Shown here piece by piece: positions 25,701 through 34,796 of a stretch of DNA of 64,000 nucleotides (its first letter is position 1; every line of letters starts with the position of its first letter). Made by a program: the position numbers and the translations under genes. The stretch lies in NCBI GenBank assembly GCA_036405455.1, contig DASWXO010000008.1:2731-66730 (forward strand), in the 5' to 3' direction. Source of the stretch: Thermomonas sp. GTDB taxonomy: Bacteria; Pseudomonadota; Gammaproteobacteria; Xanthomonadales; Xanthomonadaceae. Under the pieces are notes generated by a model, which saw only the letters and a program-made list of their open reading frames with translations, had not been told where the DNA came from and made no database searches.

Positions 25701-28035
25701 ACGGCGACATGTCCTCCGGGTAGACGCCCGAGTGGATGGTAATCGCATGCACATGGTGTTCAGCGGGGTCCCCGCGGTCCTGCTGGCAAGGCGAAAGCGA
25801 CATGCCCCCACATCCCCTGCGCCTTCGCGGGAGACGCTGGACGAGTGGGCGTGCTCCCACCTTAGCCATAACGTCATGTGGGGTGGACGTGCACTTGCCT
25901 CGGTGCAGATTGAGAGCGTCCTCGCCGCCGCAGCCCGAATCGAACTGTCAGGCATCGAGCGGTTGCTTCTTCAGATGGGAACACAGACTGCCGCTGAATC
26001 TCCGGCGCGCTGTATTGCACGAGACGACAACTGGCCTGTCCTCACGTCCGATGGCACGTCCAGCGAAAAGGATGCCAATGGTGTCGAGCCACCCACAACA
26101 GAGACGACACCGTCCAAGCCTGCTTTGGTACACAAGCAGCAAGACTTTGACCGTTTTATGGGCTTTCTCAACAAGCGAACGTTTGCGCAATCCCGGGCGA
26201 AAAAGTCGACCAAACGAAAAAATGCAACAGATGGTCAGTACGACTGGCGGCGTGCACTCCGTGCGTCTCTAGTGACCTTCCGCGACGAGATCGGAAGCAA
26301 TTCAAACCTGGCGCTATTGGTTTCGTATGTGCTGGACCATCTTCGCTATGGCAGCGAGGATGGCCATCGCCTTTCCCACAACTCATTGCGTCGCGAAGTC
26401 TCGCAGATTGGCCGAGCCTTGCTCATCCTGCTCGCCGATCGCAGCCTCCTCAGCCTGCCCTCGGAGGAACTGCGACGCCTGTATAGAGACATCCTACTTT
26501 CCAAATCCACCGATGCAAGGCCATACGCGTTCGAAGAACTCCATCGATTTCATCGCTACTTGATGCGGGTGCATGCACGGCCAGCCGTGGACATGGCCGA
26601 GCTCTCGCTTCTCGCTGGATCGCGGAAAATTGGCATCGAGCCTGGCTTGCTTACGCCTGCCGAACGCCAGGCTATCGTCGAAGAACTGCAGGCCGATTTC
26701 GAGAATGAGGCGAAGCGCGCCGATGCCGATCCCGACTTCCTGCGCCTTGCGCAATTGCAGAAGCTCTACTTCCTGATTATGGATGCTGCGGGTATTCGTC
26801 CAGGATCGACCTACGGGCTGACTCTTGGGGATATCCACTTTCTTGGCGATGCGGGTGATTTCGTCCATGTCCGGACGGGCGACTACGGAGAAGCCAAAAC
26901 CACGACGTCCATGGGTTTCGTGCGACTTGAAGGCGAGCTTTGGGCTCGGCACCGCGCATGGGTGGAACACTGGATCGCGGAGCAGCGCAAGATCCACCCC
27001 GACGGTTGGCGGGAGTTGCCGCTTTTCGGCACCATGACCGGGCACCGCGTCCGGGTTCACGAACACCATCTCACAGGTCGCATCAATGCCCTGCTGAAGT
27101 GGGCATGCGGTTATCGCGACGCGAGTTGCTACTGGTTGAGGAAGACTCGTATCTCGGAACGCTACCAGTCACTAGCATCTAAGGGGGAGACGTCGGCTCG
27201 CGAGCTTTACCGAACCATGGTGGCGTCCGGGCATGCCTGGATCCAGATTGCCGTTGAGCGGTACATCAATGATCCCAGCTGCCTCCTGTTTGTAGATCAG
27301 AGAACCGGCTGCGAAGCTCCACGCTCTCTGCTGCTGGCCATGTCGGGGCTCGACGACGGGCCGCTAGATGCGGCATGGCACCGGGCCGGTCGTGATCGGG
27401 CAACCAGATTGGGCATCGTGCTTGATCGTGTGCAGGCAAATTTCGTTTCCACCCCAGCCGGTCACCGGACCGCTGCACCTGCGCTTCGTCGCTTCAAGGC
27501 CTTAAAACCCGCGCACGTGGACGCCTTTGCACGTGCGATGCAACAACACAGGGACTTGGCAGAAGCGACTTTGGCCGCAGGGATTACCGGGCAACAGGCG
27601 CTCCAGCTCCAAAATGCTGCGTCTGACATGCTTGTTCGGCGCGGCAGCACCCTGTGGAGGCTTACAGGCACAACTGGCACGCGTTATGTCCTGCCGGCAC
27701 CGCGCAAGATCGCAGGTAGCGAGAAATGGTTTGATCTTCTGACGCACGAACCATCGGATACGTTCATGGCCATCGCAGAATCGTGGATGGGGCAACCCCA
27801 TGCAGAACGCCTGCATGGCGAAGGCACCATGATGCTGGTCGAGCCCACCCATCTACCCGCCCTTCACGCCTTGCTGGAGGAAACTGGCCTTGAAATGAAG
27901 GTGGTGACCCAAAACGGCCACCACCTGTTGAAAGCTCCTCTTCAAGCCAAATTCACAAAAGGGCACAGCGCAGCGCTGCGCTGGGTTCTCGCCATCATCT
28001 GGCTCCACGCACACGCGACGACAGTGAGCGATTAG
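22780..28035 (+). CDS. Giant (~1750 aa) protein with two tyrosine-recombinase-like catalytic domains
   Basis: Domain 1: TGHRPED...DKQ...NFFRH...LGW. Domain 2: AGIRPGS...AKT...YWLRKT...SGHAWIQIAVERY. Start uncertain (TTG 22780, ATG 22822 or ATG 22885). Confidence 0.75.
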   Translation: MKPRISIEVQRSRLMTATGYLSTGEERDPNTTFGHMDGSAPGKDLFFAFDRAAVPDSWWPDLSRTLLELGEAIPLIDRPILAPLAAHLAQYQSALRFQAAMNAPVEPPKEIHEHHPGSATLFRYRHGRSAGLERLTSIGLCALLEASEAGRGPAKRLLSIIRGAMDSSNSPLSGALGAISSIPELVRIVDTDEPTRRALPRHFLQLWDAWLRDTLYRWMFKDPERMRQALEPSALTPLLEHPALPVALEPGNLEGGTTLSCSNASPSTHPSDETPTSIRSGRAASDLLERESAGDLMASPEQRLPRPLDERLCRESVRSARENQEDPARAEPYAALALILAGAVREIDLRNVVWGDEGAARPFAIDPLLPVLYRKLKRPASAVVPPKELSTWWLMPITEVMAWPLPRSVHAALLSLSSGAPITGQGVLPMLSASPASPYRMLEVISRLVPEAKVGALAPRLALASEITAALGSEVAQLVMADTFGMPSVPAYYSSLPEGELATFVAGIQARRFGEQVRAPDGRDGYMGSRLVLTNQAAMLWPTQLTSALKAASRQPDGWLELWHAHRNHLVAALCSATGHRPEDALGRIFLWDVIPEYGLIILQDKQVDALRATRIAATGRLWLSDLRRYLDRLIEIAARHKGEPAGNLANAILRNEEPLFSVLTPENQVAPMTAGTLRKGMPQELQSVDNFFRHRLNQCLLARRVDPELRHAQLGWVVSPAHLHADVSPRAPIDMGRDLGPFIDDVLVQDGWYLPSARKTRWTWNGVPMPAPVDWEAVFTTHKRQHEENIKSIRLRLRERWKEFEGPIMARLADAFQEFCPLLRVDIEKKCLVQIHGGKGPVELGPDHHALICDRVKLGDQEPSSGLESVVARILLYRLVRRGRDRNLVLGPIPGRPFLSVTSEPSPFVPGLGAAIRHAHAIRQDLETRANAGYVRDLGPLTTFSILAFSMYRRVPWAQAALQAARTAMRGQQRRHVLRVDARVDGNRMHMVFSGVPAVLLARRKRHAPTSPAPSRETLDEWACSHLSHNVMWGGRALASVQIESVLAAAARIELSGIERLLLQMGTQTAAESPARCIARDDNWPVLTSDGTSSEKDANGVEPPTTETTPSKPALVHKQQDFDRFMGFLNKRTFAQSRAKKSTKRKNATDGQYDWRRALRASLVTFRDEIGSNSNLALLVSYVLDHLRYGSEDGHRLSHNSLRREVSQIGRALLILLADRSLLSLPSEELRRLYRDILLSKSTDARPYAFEELHRFHRYLMRVHARPAVDMAELSLLAGSRKIGIEPGLLTPAERQAIVEELQADFENEAKRADADPDFLRLAQLQKLYFLIMDAAGIRPGSTYGLTLGDIHFLGDAGDFVHVRTGDYGEAKTTTSMGFVRLEGELWARHRAWVEHWIAEQRKIHPDGWRELPLFGTMTGHRVRVHEHHLTGRINALLKWACGYRDASCYWLRKTRISERYQSLASKGETSARELYRTMVASGHAWIQIAVERYINDPSCLLFVDQRTGCEAPRSLLLAMSGLDDGPLDAAWHRAGRDRATRLGIVLDRVQANFVSTPAGHRTAAPALRRFKALKPAHVDAFARAMQQHRDLAEATLAAGITGQQALQLQNAASDMLVRRGSTLWRLTGTTGTRYVLPAPRKIAGSEKWFDLLTHEPSDTFMAIAESWMGQPHAERLHGEGTMMLVEPTHLPALHALLEETGLEMKVVTQNGHHLLKAPLQAKFTKGHSAALRWVLAIIWLHAHATTVSD

Positions 28036-28745
28036 AGCGCAAGCTGCGTATGCAGCTTGCCACCCGGTAGCGCGCGGTAGACGTTCTTGCTAACAAGCCT
28101 GACCGGGCCGGTAAAGGTGGTCGAGCCTTTCACGACCATATCGACGAGGACATCGATGCCGTGCGGATAATCGATGGTCGCAAGCTCAAGTAAGGTCAGG
28201 TCGCCGAGCAGCAGGACGTTGGCATCCTGCCCCGGTTTGCAAACCCCGATGGTGCTCACCCTGAGATGCCTCTGTTCGTCGTCAGGCTTTTTTGGTTCTG
28301 TAAAGGCCGATAGTTTCGGGTGGGGCAATTCGATCGTCTTGCTCGCAACGTGCAACGACGCCGTCAGTTCGCTTTTGTCGTATGTCGTGGCGAGCGCCCG
28401 AAGCAGGTCGATGCAATGCGTATTCTTCACGGCTTGGGTAAGCGCCAGCGGCGGCGTGAGCATCGCGTTTACTTCCAACTCCTTTGCAGTCAAAGCGAGT
28501 TCGTTCGCGATGCTTTCCGTAACGTCAAAGAGATCCTCGTCACTGCAGACTTCCATGACGATTTCTCCGCCCCACAACGTGGGCTCACCAAGCCGTGAGC
28601 CATAGCATTCGACCAATGCTCGTAAAAGCTTGGGAACATGTCCCAGCTTGTCCGTGGCGTCCTCGTCGAGGGTCAGAGGTTCGCCTGGGTTCGCGTTATC
28701 GGCGAAGGTCAGGCGAATTGACTGAGGCAATTTGAGACTATTCAT
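28032..28745 (-). CDS. Hypothetical protein (237 aa)
   Basis: Open frame from MNSLKLPQS with AGGAAG RBS; convergent 4-bp overlap with the giant gene; no family recognised. Confidence 0.7.
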   Translation of the reverse strand: MNSLKLPQSIRLTFADNANPGEPLTLDEDATDKLGHVPKLLRALVECYGSRLGEPTLWGGEIVMEVCSDEDLFDVTESIANELALTAKELEVNAMLTPPLALTQAVKNTHCIDLLRALATTYDKSELTASLHVASKTIELPHPKLSAFTEPKKPDDEQRHLRVSTIGVCKPGQDANVLLLGDLTLLELATIDYPHGIDVLVDMVVKGSTTFTGPVRLVSKNVYRALPGGKLHTQLAL

Positions 28746-29516
28746 GTTTGCTTCCTGATGTGAGGTTTGAGGTGCAGGGCGGCGTAACGAAGGACGCTTG
28801 CCGTCTCCGTCGAAATCGTGAATTCGTGTGCTCCGGCCCTGCGCAGGAGCAAAGTCGAAGGCGCTCCACTTGGGCCTAGTAAGGCCAGCGTGGAATCGTG
28901 GGTATTGGCATCGCCCAGGACGCTCCACTGGCGACTGCGATCGGGGAGTAGATTGCCGCTCGCTTATCCAGCAGCGTCGAGGCGTGGCAGTGCTAAACGA
29001 CTAAACCTGAGGCAGAAGCCTCGTCAGCGGGCATCAATTGCGTATGACCAGGCGCCGCCTATAGCTCATAGATTCGCAGGTCGCGGCAAGATGGTAGGAC
29101 GCACATGCCTGAATGGCGCGGCCAAAAAGACGTATGCGCGCTCTGCCTTTTGTGGCAGCTGGGGGTAGAACCACCCCGTCGTCTTAAATGTAGACTTAAG
29201 TGAAATTTACAGAAGTGGACGGAGACGTCCCGTCTCAGGGGGCTGCAGTGGCAGCCGTGTGAGATTTATTGACCAGAAGGCCATTGTCAAGTGGCTTGTA
29301 TCCTTACCCTCGAACCACAGATGTGCTTAGCGTCTATCCGGGACCCTGTGTAGCGTGATCCCGCTGTGCACGCTTAGCGCACCAGGACCGCCGACAACAA
29401 CGGTGCCTGCGGCCTCGTTCGCTCCCTAATCTACTGCGCGTATCGCTCACTGGTCGGATTCTCCAAACCCTTGATCTCATTTGCGTAATGGACCCACCAG
29501 ATTTCAGTAGAAGCTG

Positions 29517-29753
29517 TTAGTTGCTGCTGTGCGCGTCGCACCTTTCAAGCAGCGAGATCGCACCTAAGACACACGGCTCGTGGTCTTCATCCTTGTAGAC
29601 CTGCCAGAAACCAGGCCCAGTCACCTGTCTGCTAAGGACGGCTTTGTCCAGCCGGCGGGGTTCGCTGGCGGTCCTGTCTTGCGCGTTCACCGATGCCGGC
29701 ACCGCAAGCAGGAGGAGCAATACCAGTAAAGCGACATAAGAACGTCCCTGCAC
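29517..29753 (-). pseudogene. Probable N-terminal fragment of a TraB/GumN-family exported protein
   Basis: Signal peptide followed by GPGFWQVYKDEDHEPCVLGAISLL, which resembles the GPGLWKV...LWILGTLSPLP start of GumN/TraB proteins (recalled, not searched), then an early stop. Confidence 0.45.
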
Positions 29754-30117
29754 TTCGAGGGATCCATCCGGGCTGGGGGGGGGGGCTCGAGCGCCGGTTT
29801 TGGCACCCTGTCTCGCCCAACTTTACTGGCGACATGGCGCTGTGGCACCCAGCCGGGGCAACTTCGACTGCTGAGCGATGCCTTTGGCGGCACTTCCCGA
29901 TCCGATGCAATCCACCGGGCAGTGCTTAGCTGCCTGGTCATGCGTGCCGCCGAAGCAGCTTCAGGCCCGACGACGGGGCGGGGGCGATGACCCCGATGAT
30001 CTGCTCCTTGGTGAATCGAATCTTGCGCATGTACGTCCTCTCTGGCTGACGGACTCTAAATCGCCCCGCTACTGAAGGCGGGGGGACATCGGACCCGCTA
30101 CCAGTGAAGTGAGCGCC

Positions 30118-32118
30118 TCAACTCCAGCGGCCTCCTTCAATCGCTCCCAAACGATCGCGGCTCAAAGATGCTGCCGCCTCCAACGCATCGAAGTAGCGCT
30201 CAAGATTGTCCAAGGAACGTTGCATGTTGTCGTTCCAGGCCTCGTTCTTGACGTCGGTGGCTTCGTCCGCGTCGAACGCGCGGTAAGGCTCGGAGGGGAC
30301 ATCGACCGCGTCGAATCCGAAAGCGCGCAGCGGCCGATTCGCGGAATGGATGAAGTCGCTGGACAGCGACGCATAGGCCCGCACCTTTGCGACCAACGCA
30401 TCGTGGCTGGAATTGGCCATCTTTCGCCCGAGCGAGATCCCGGCCCTCATCAAGAATCCTTCGTCGCCGAAGCTCGCCCACGACATCGCTACTTCCTGGA
30501 ACTGTTTGAGCATGGCCGACCGAATGTCCATGCACATCCGGAAGTCTTCCCTCCAGCCTTTGTCGATGCCGAGGAGCGCCCCGGTGAGCGATACTTTCCG
30601 GAAATCGATGATCGTCGACCATTCCTTCGTTTCGGAATGAATCAAGCAGACGATCTCCGCGATCTCCTCGGGCGACTCCGAAGTCGCCAAGGTGACTGCA
30701 TTCTGGAGCAACGCCTCGGCCTTCTGATTCTTCATGTCGAACAACTGGCACATCTGCAGGATCCGCTCGCGCGACTTCGGATCGATCGCTCCGTCGCGGG
30801 TCGCGAGGAAGGCAGCGTCGACGACCCAGGCGACCTGGCGCTTTTGATCGGCCAGGGCGGAAAGAACAGCCGCCATGTCCACGAGGACCGGGGGGCGGAT
30901 CCTTTCGCAACGCTGCTCGCTGGCATCGACGTCTAGAACACGCGCGAGCGATGCGAGGAAACTCCGCTGCGCGGCGTTGGCTTCACCGTCGATCGCGACA
31001 GCAACGAGGGCGTCCACAAAGGACTGTCGTTCGGGTACGGGGACGTCGAGCGCCAGCAGGGCGTGCGACTTCAGCGGCACATGCTGCGCCAGCAATTCGT
31101 CGATCGTAAGCGTGCGCGCAGCGGCAGTCTGCACCGCGGGGGCCTGCGGCACCGGATCCAGCGTGAGCAGGTCACGCACCAGCGTTATGCCGGCGACGAT
31201 TTCCTTGGCGAGGTTCGCCAGGTCATATTCGATCTCCGGCTCCTGCACTAAGGCGCCGGCGGCCTTCCTGCAGATCTCGGCGCGCAGATCGCTCGGTTCC
31301 GAGCGCGTGATCCGCATGGCGTGCGGAATCTCGTTGGTCAGATCCATGATGCAACCGAAAGCGCGCCCGGCAACGAGACCCGACACGCGCGCAGGGTCCA
31401 GCGAGCGCTCGCCGATGCCGATTCGGGTGATCTCGCCGAATCGTTCAACGCCCGTGGACAGGACGTCTTCCGCCAACTGCGTGGCAAACTCCCCCAGCGT
31501 TATTCGCCTGCCCGGCGACATCCCCAGCCCGGTGAACGCGAGTTCCAGGTCATGGCTCTGTTCCAGCCGCTCCATGGCGTGGCCATGTTCGTCGAACTTA
31601 TCGGCGTACTCGAAGGCGGCCTTCACGACACGCAGGAGTTCGGGTAAGGCGAGGTAGTCTTCGCGCACCTTGATGCTGTCGCGCCAGTCGATGACGCGGA
31701 CATCCTGTGCAAGCCTGCCGACCTTTCGCGTCTGCTCGAGCACCAGCCCGCCCAGGCGATGTTGCGTGTGGGCCAAGTGCGCGAGGTTGTTCCGGACCAC
31801 TGCGATGGCACGCGCCGTAAACAGCCCCTGCTTCTGCATGCCGGCCAGGCACTGCCACGCCATGAGCTGGACTTCGACAAGGTCTGCGACCGTCGCCCGC
31901 TCCAACGATGCGGTCTTGCCGCTGAACCTGTACCAAAGGCGCAGGAAAAAGCCGGCGCCGCGGAACTGCTCCAGCCTGTCCTCTGACAGCCCCGCGAGGC
32001 GCGACGCATCGGTCGCGAGTTGATCGGCAGCGGCTTGGCTCAGCTCGCCTTCGGCAAGGAGATCAACGACGCGAGGATCGAGCGCTTCGACGTCGGCAAG
32101 GAGTGCGTTGGATTCCAT
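30118..32118 (-). CDS. Hypothetical 666-aa protein with two TerB-like repeats in the C-terminal half
   Basis: FVDALVAVAIDGEANAAQRSFLASLARVL and WVVDAAFLATRDGAIDPKSRERILQMCQLF resemble TerB helical repeats; starts 3 bp after the upstream stop. Confidence 0.7.
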   Translation of the reverse strand: MESNALLADVEALDPRVVDLLAEGELSQAAADQLATDASRLAGLSEDRLEQFRGAGFFLRLWYRFSGKTASLERATVADLVEVQLMAWQCLAGMQKQGLFTARAIAVVRNNLAHLAHTQHRLGGLVLEQTRKVGRLAQDVRVIDWRDSIKVREDYLALPELLRVVKAAFEYADKFDEHGHAMERLEQSHDLELAFTGLGMSPGRRITLGEFATQLAEDVLSTGVERFGEITRIGIGERSLDPARVSGLVAGRAFGCIMDLTNEIPHAMRITRSEPSDLRAEICRKAAGALVQEPEIEYDLANLAKEIVAGITLVRDLLTLDPVPQAPAVQTAAARTLTIDELLAQHVPLKSHALLALDVPVPERQSFVDALVAVAIDGEANAAQRSFLASLARVLDVDASEQRCERIRPPVLVDMAAVLSALADQKRQVAWVVDAAFLATRDGAIDPKSRERILQMCQLFDMKNQKAEALLQNAVTLATSESPEEIAEIVCLIHSETKEWSTIIDFRKVSLTGALLGIDKGWREDFRMCMDIRSAMLKQFQEVAMSWASFGDEGFLMRAGISLGRKMANSSHDALVAKVRAYASLSSDFIHSANRPLRAFGFDAVDVPSEPYRAFDADEATDVKNEAWNDNMQRSLDNLERYFDALEAAASLSRDRLGAIEGGRWS

Positions 32119-32121
32119 GAT

Positions 32122-33534
32122 TCAGATCTTTTCGATGGCGAGTTGAAGTGCGTCCAGCTGAGTCTCGATGCCTTCCATTTGTGCGGAAAACTGCCGCTCG
32201 GATTGGGCGACGCCGACGCGAAATGACACGAACGCCCGCTCCGACATTGCGATCAGCGCGGTGGACTCGACCAGTACATGGTGCGATCGCACGAGTCCTT
32301 CGGCTGTCGCGACCGTTTCGAGGTAGGGCGCTTCGATGTGGTTGTCGATGGCGATCGTCGTGGCGAGCGACACGATCAATGCCCCGACGACACTCCCGAC
32401 ATAGACGCCGACCGGCCCAGCTGGCGCGCCGATCGCGCCCCCGATAGCGGAACCTACGACAGCGCTGGCGCTCTGCAGCAGGTTCTTGCCGGTCCGTGTT
32501 TCCAGCTCGTCCATCGTCATGCGGCCGGCCGCAACGAGGACAAGACACTCGGCCAGGTCCACTGCGCTGATGGCAAGGCCCGCCACGCCACCCGAAACCA
32601 GTGCGGTCTGGAACGCGCTGCCTGCAAACAACTGCGGCAGCGTGCGCGCGGCGATGCTAACCGTCGCTGTCGCGGCGCCAGCCTTGAGCGCGGCGTCCCC
32701 AGCCGCGATGGCCGTGTTCCACAGGATGTATTTCGTTGCGTCGATTTCGCTCAGCTTTCCATCCCGGACCAGCTTGAGGCACTGCACGGTATTGACGGTT
32801 CCTGCCACGACCGTCGCGATCATCGCAGCCGATTTGGCGGCATGCCACGACTGCTTCGCAGTGGAAGCGTCGAGATAGCGGCCCTCTGTCTTGCGTCGAA
32901 GAGCTTCACCTTCTTCCTTGCCGGCCCCCAGCGCCTTGGCGTCTTCCAGGGGCAGCTCCGCAGACTGGACGCCGTCACGCTCGAGGTGTCCCGTCACCTT
33001 CTGTTCCACCTCGCGCGCGGCGTCCGCAACGTGGGGCCGTTTCCCCGCGTTCTCGATCTGCGTCTTGCGCGCGGCCTGTCGGACGGATTCCACCTGGTCC
33101 GAGGGAACGACATGCTGTTCGGTTTCGTGGTATTTCGGGATGCCGTCGCGTGTTTCCCGCAATGCCTTCTGCGTGTCTTCCGCCGTGCGGTAGTACTTGA
33201 GTTGCGCACGCGTATCGGGCGACTTTCCATCGCGCAGGAGAATGTCGGTGGTCGAGTCGATGCTGGAGAGCGTCGATCCCGGATGCTGGGCGGTGTAAGC
33301 CCGCACCCGCTTGTCTTTCAGGATCGCTTCGAGATTGAACGTCTCGGCGTGGTGCACCTCGGCTGCGAATCCGGCCTTGTGGGGCAAGCCTTGCCCGGTG
33401 CTAGCGATCCGTTGGAATTGCGTGTTGGCGAGCCGAATCTCGTCGACCATTCGGCCCACCTCCGCTGACGCACGCTCCCCCCAGATATGACACACGTCCA
33501 CCGCGCGATAGCGCTTCGCCCCATTCTGCTTCAT
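32122..33534 (-). CDS. Hypothetical 470-aa protein: putative PD-(D/E)xK-like N-terminus plus glycine-zipper hydrophobic region and coiled-coil tail
   Basis: AAEVHH...TDILL...AQLKYY motif; GSAIGGAIGAPAGPVGVYVGSVVG; start MKQNG chosen from the GGGGA RBS. Confidence 0.7.
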   Translation of the reverse strand: MKQNGAKRYRAVDVCHIWGERASAEVGRMVDEIRLANTQFQRIASTGQGLPHKAGFAAEVHHAETFNLEAILKDKRVRAYTAQHPGSTLSSIDSTTDILLRDGKSPDTRAQLKYYRTAEDTQKALRETRDGIPKYHETEQHVVPSDQVESVRQAARKTQIENAGKRPHVADAAREVEQKVTGHLERDGVQSAELPLEDAKALGAGKEEGEALRRKTEGRYLDASTAKQSWHAAKSAAMIATVVAGTVNTVQCLKLVRDGKLSEIDATKYILWNTAIAAGDAALKAGAATATVSIAARTLPQLFAGSAFQTALVSGGVAGLAISAVDLAECLVLVAAGRMTMDELETRTGKNLLQSASAVVGSAIGGAIGAPAGPVGVYVGSVVGALIVSLATTIAIDNHIEAPYLETVATAEGLVRSHHVLVESTALIAMSERAFVSFRVGVAQSERQFSAQMEGIETQLDALQLAIEKI

Positions 33535-33935
33535 CGACTTCCCCTGTTCCCGGCAAAACAACTGCACATTCAAGCGCTCGCCCGCGGGCCGCGGAGATTG
33601 CGAATCGCCTCCTGCGTCATCGCGATTACAACCCACAAACCAATAAATGCGAAAATGTCCTTCATCATGTTGCTCTCCGAACCCGCTTAGGAACGGCGAA
33701 TATCGTCGAAGGCCATCTCACTACGCGAGACGACGACCCTGGTCACACCGGACGTCCGACCCGATCTGTCCAATCCGAACTCCGTGAAGGGCGCTTTCAC
33801 CATAGGAAAGACCCTCACGGGTCGGCGGCCGACTGGATGACTTGGATTTCGTTGACGTAGCACCGATCCTACGGGAAAGTTTATCCAGCGTGGAGCAGAA
33901 TGTCCGTTTTGGGTCGATACCCGCCTTCCAAGGCA

Positions 33936-34301
33936 CTAATTCAGTTGATCATCAAGATATCTTCGTACAGCAGCCAGTCCATCGATGCCCTCCTCTTCCA
34001 TCAAGTCGATCGCGGATCGTCCAGCAAACAGCGGCGCACTATTGGGGCGCATGATCCAACCGTCGGCTTGAAGTTCATTGGGGAAGATCGTGTGCAGCGC
34101 TTTATAGATACCAAGAACGTAGCTGATGCGAATGAGTACATCGTGCGATACGCCGGAACATTCGCCTTGGCGCCAAGAGTCGAGAGTACGGCGATCTTCG
34201 CAGCCCAATAGCGAGCCCTGTTGTTCGGGCGACATTTGCCACTTCTCAGAAATGCGAAAAAAGGTCCGGAGGCCAGAACCCGCCAACTCTTGCTCGCTCA
34301 T
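33936..34301 (-). CDS. Xre/MbcA/ParS-family antitoxin (DUF2384)
   Basis: GLRTFFRISEKW...RISYVLGIYKALHTIF...WIMRPNSAPLFAGRSAIDLM...VRRYLD matches the canonical family signature. Confidence 0.88.
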   Translation of the reverse strand: MSEQELAGSGLRTFFRISEKWQMSPEQQGSLLGCEDRRTLDSWRQGECSGVSHDVLIRISYVLGIYKALHTIFPNELQADGWIMRPNSAPLFAGRSAIDLMEEEGIDGLAAVRRYLDDQLN

Positions 34302-34356
34302 AGAAATGCTCCCAATGCACGCACTCCCTGCACTATCTGCTCAAGAAGAGCCAAGA

Positions 34357-34635
34357 CTAGGCCGAAAACCCATGAGCAGCTTTTTGAACGGCAGTCAGGA
34401 TATCCGCGGCACGTCCTTCCGCTACAGCCCTCGCGGGAGAGCTCTGCAATCCTCTCAAGTCGGAGCACACCCATCGAGCTGCCGACTCTGAACTCGAAAA
34501 TAGATCCAGAATGTGCCGTGCAAGTTCCGGCTCCGCTTGCACCAGCGCAGTCCAAACAGCTTGGCGGCACGCATGGAGCTCACCGGCCTTGGCTTCTTCG
34601 GCAGCGACTGCCTTCAACAGCTCGTCATGCTGCAT
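34357..34635 (-). CDS. Small DUF2384-like (MbcA/ParS toxin-binding domain) protein
   Basis: LFSSSESAARWVCSDLRGLQSSPARAVAEG...AAHG pattern; GGAG RBS before MQHDELL. Confidence 0.65.
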   Translation of the reverse strand: MQHDELLKAVAAEEAKAGELHACRQAVWTALVQAEPELARHILDLFSSSESAARWVCSDLRGLQSSPARAVAEGRAADILTAVQKAAHGFSA

Positions 34636-34796
34636 ACGGATCTCCCTGGCTCCCGACGCCTTGGGCATCGAAGCGCAAGATGCCTGTTCTAGGTAATTTT
34701 TTTTCCACACGCTCTCGGCAGCCCATCGCAACATTCCGTGTCTTGACCACCGGACAATCACACCGATGATGCCTCTGTCCGCATCCAGAGCTCCCC

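Noticed and set aside
29775-29785. G11 homopolymer as a phase-variation switch
   Set aside because: Not inside or clearly upstream of a supported gene; may be neutral or a sequencing homopolymer
33535-33935. Hidden RES toxin gene downstream of the antitoxins
   Set aside because: Only short ORFs without recognisable RES motifs
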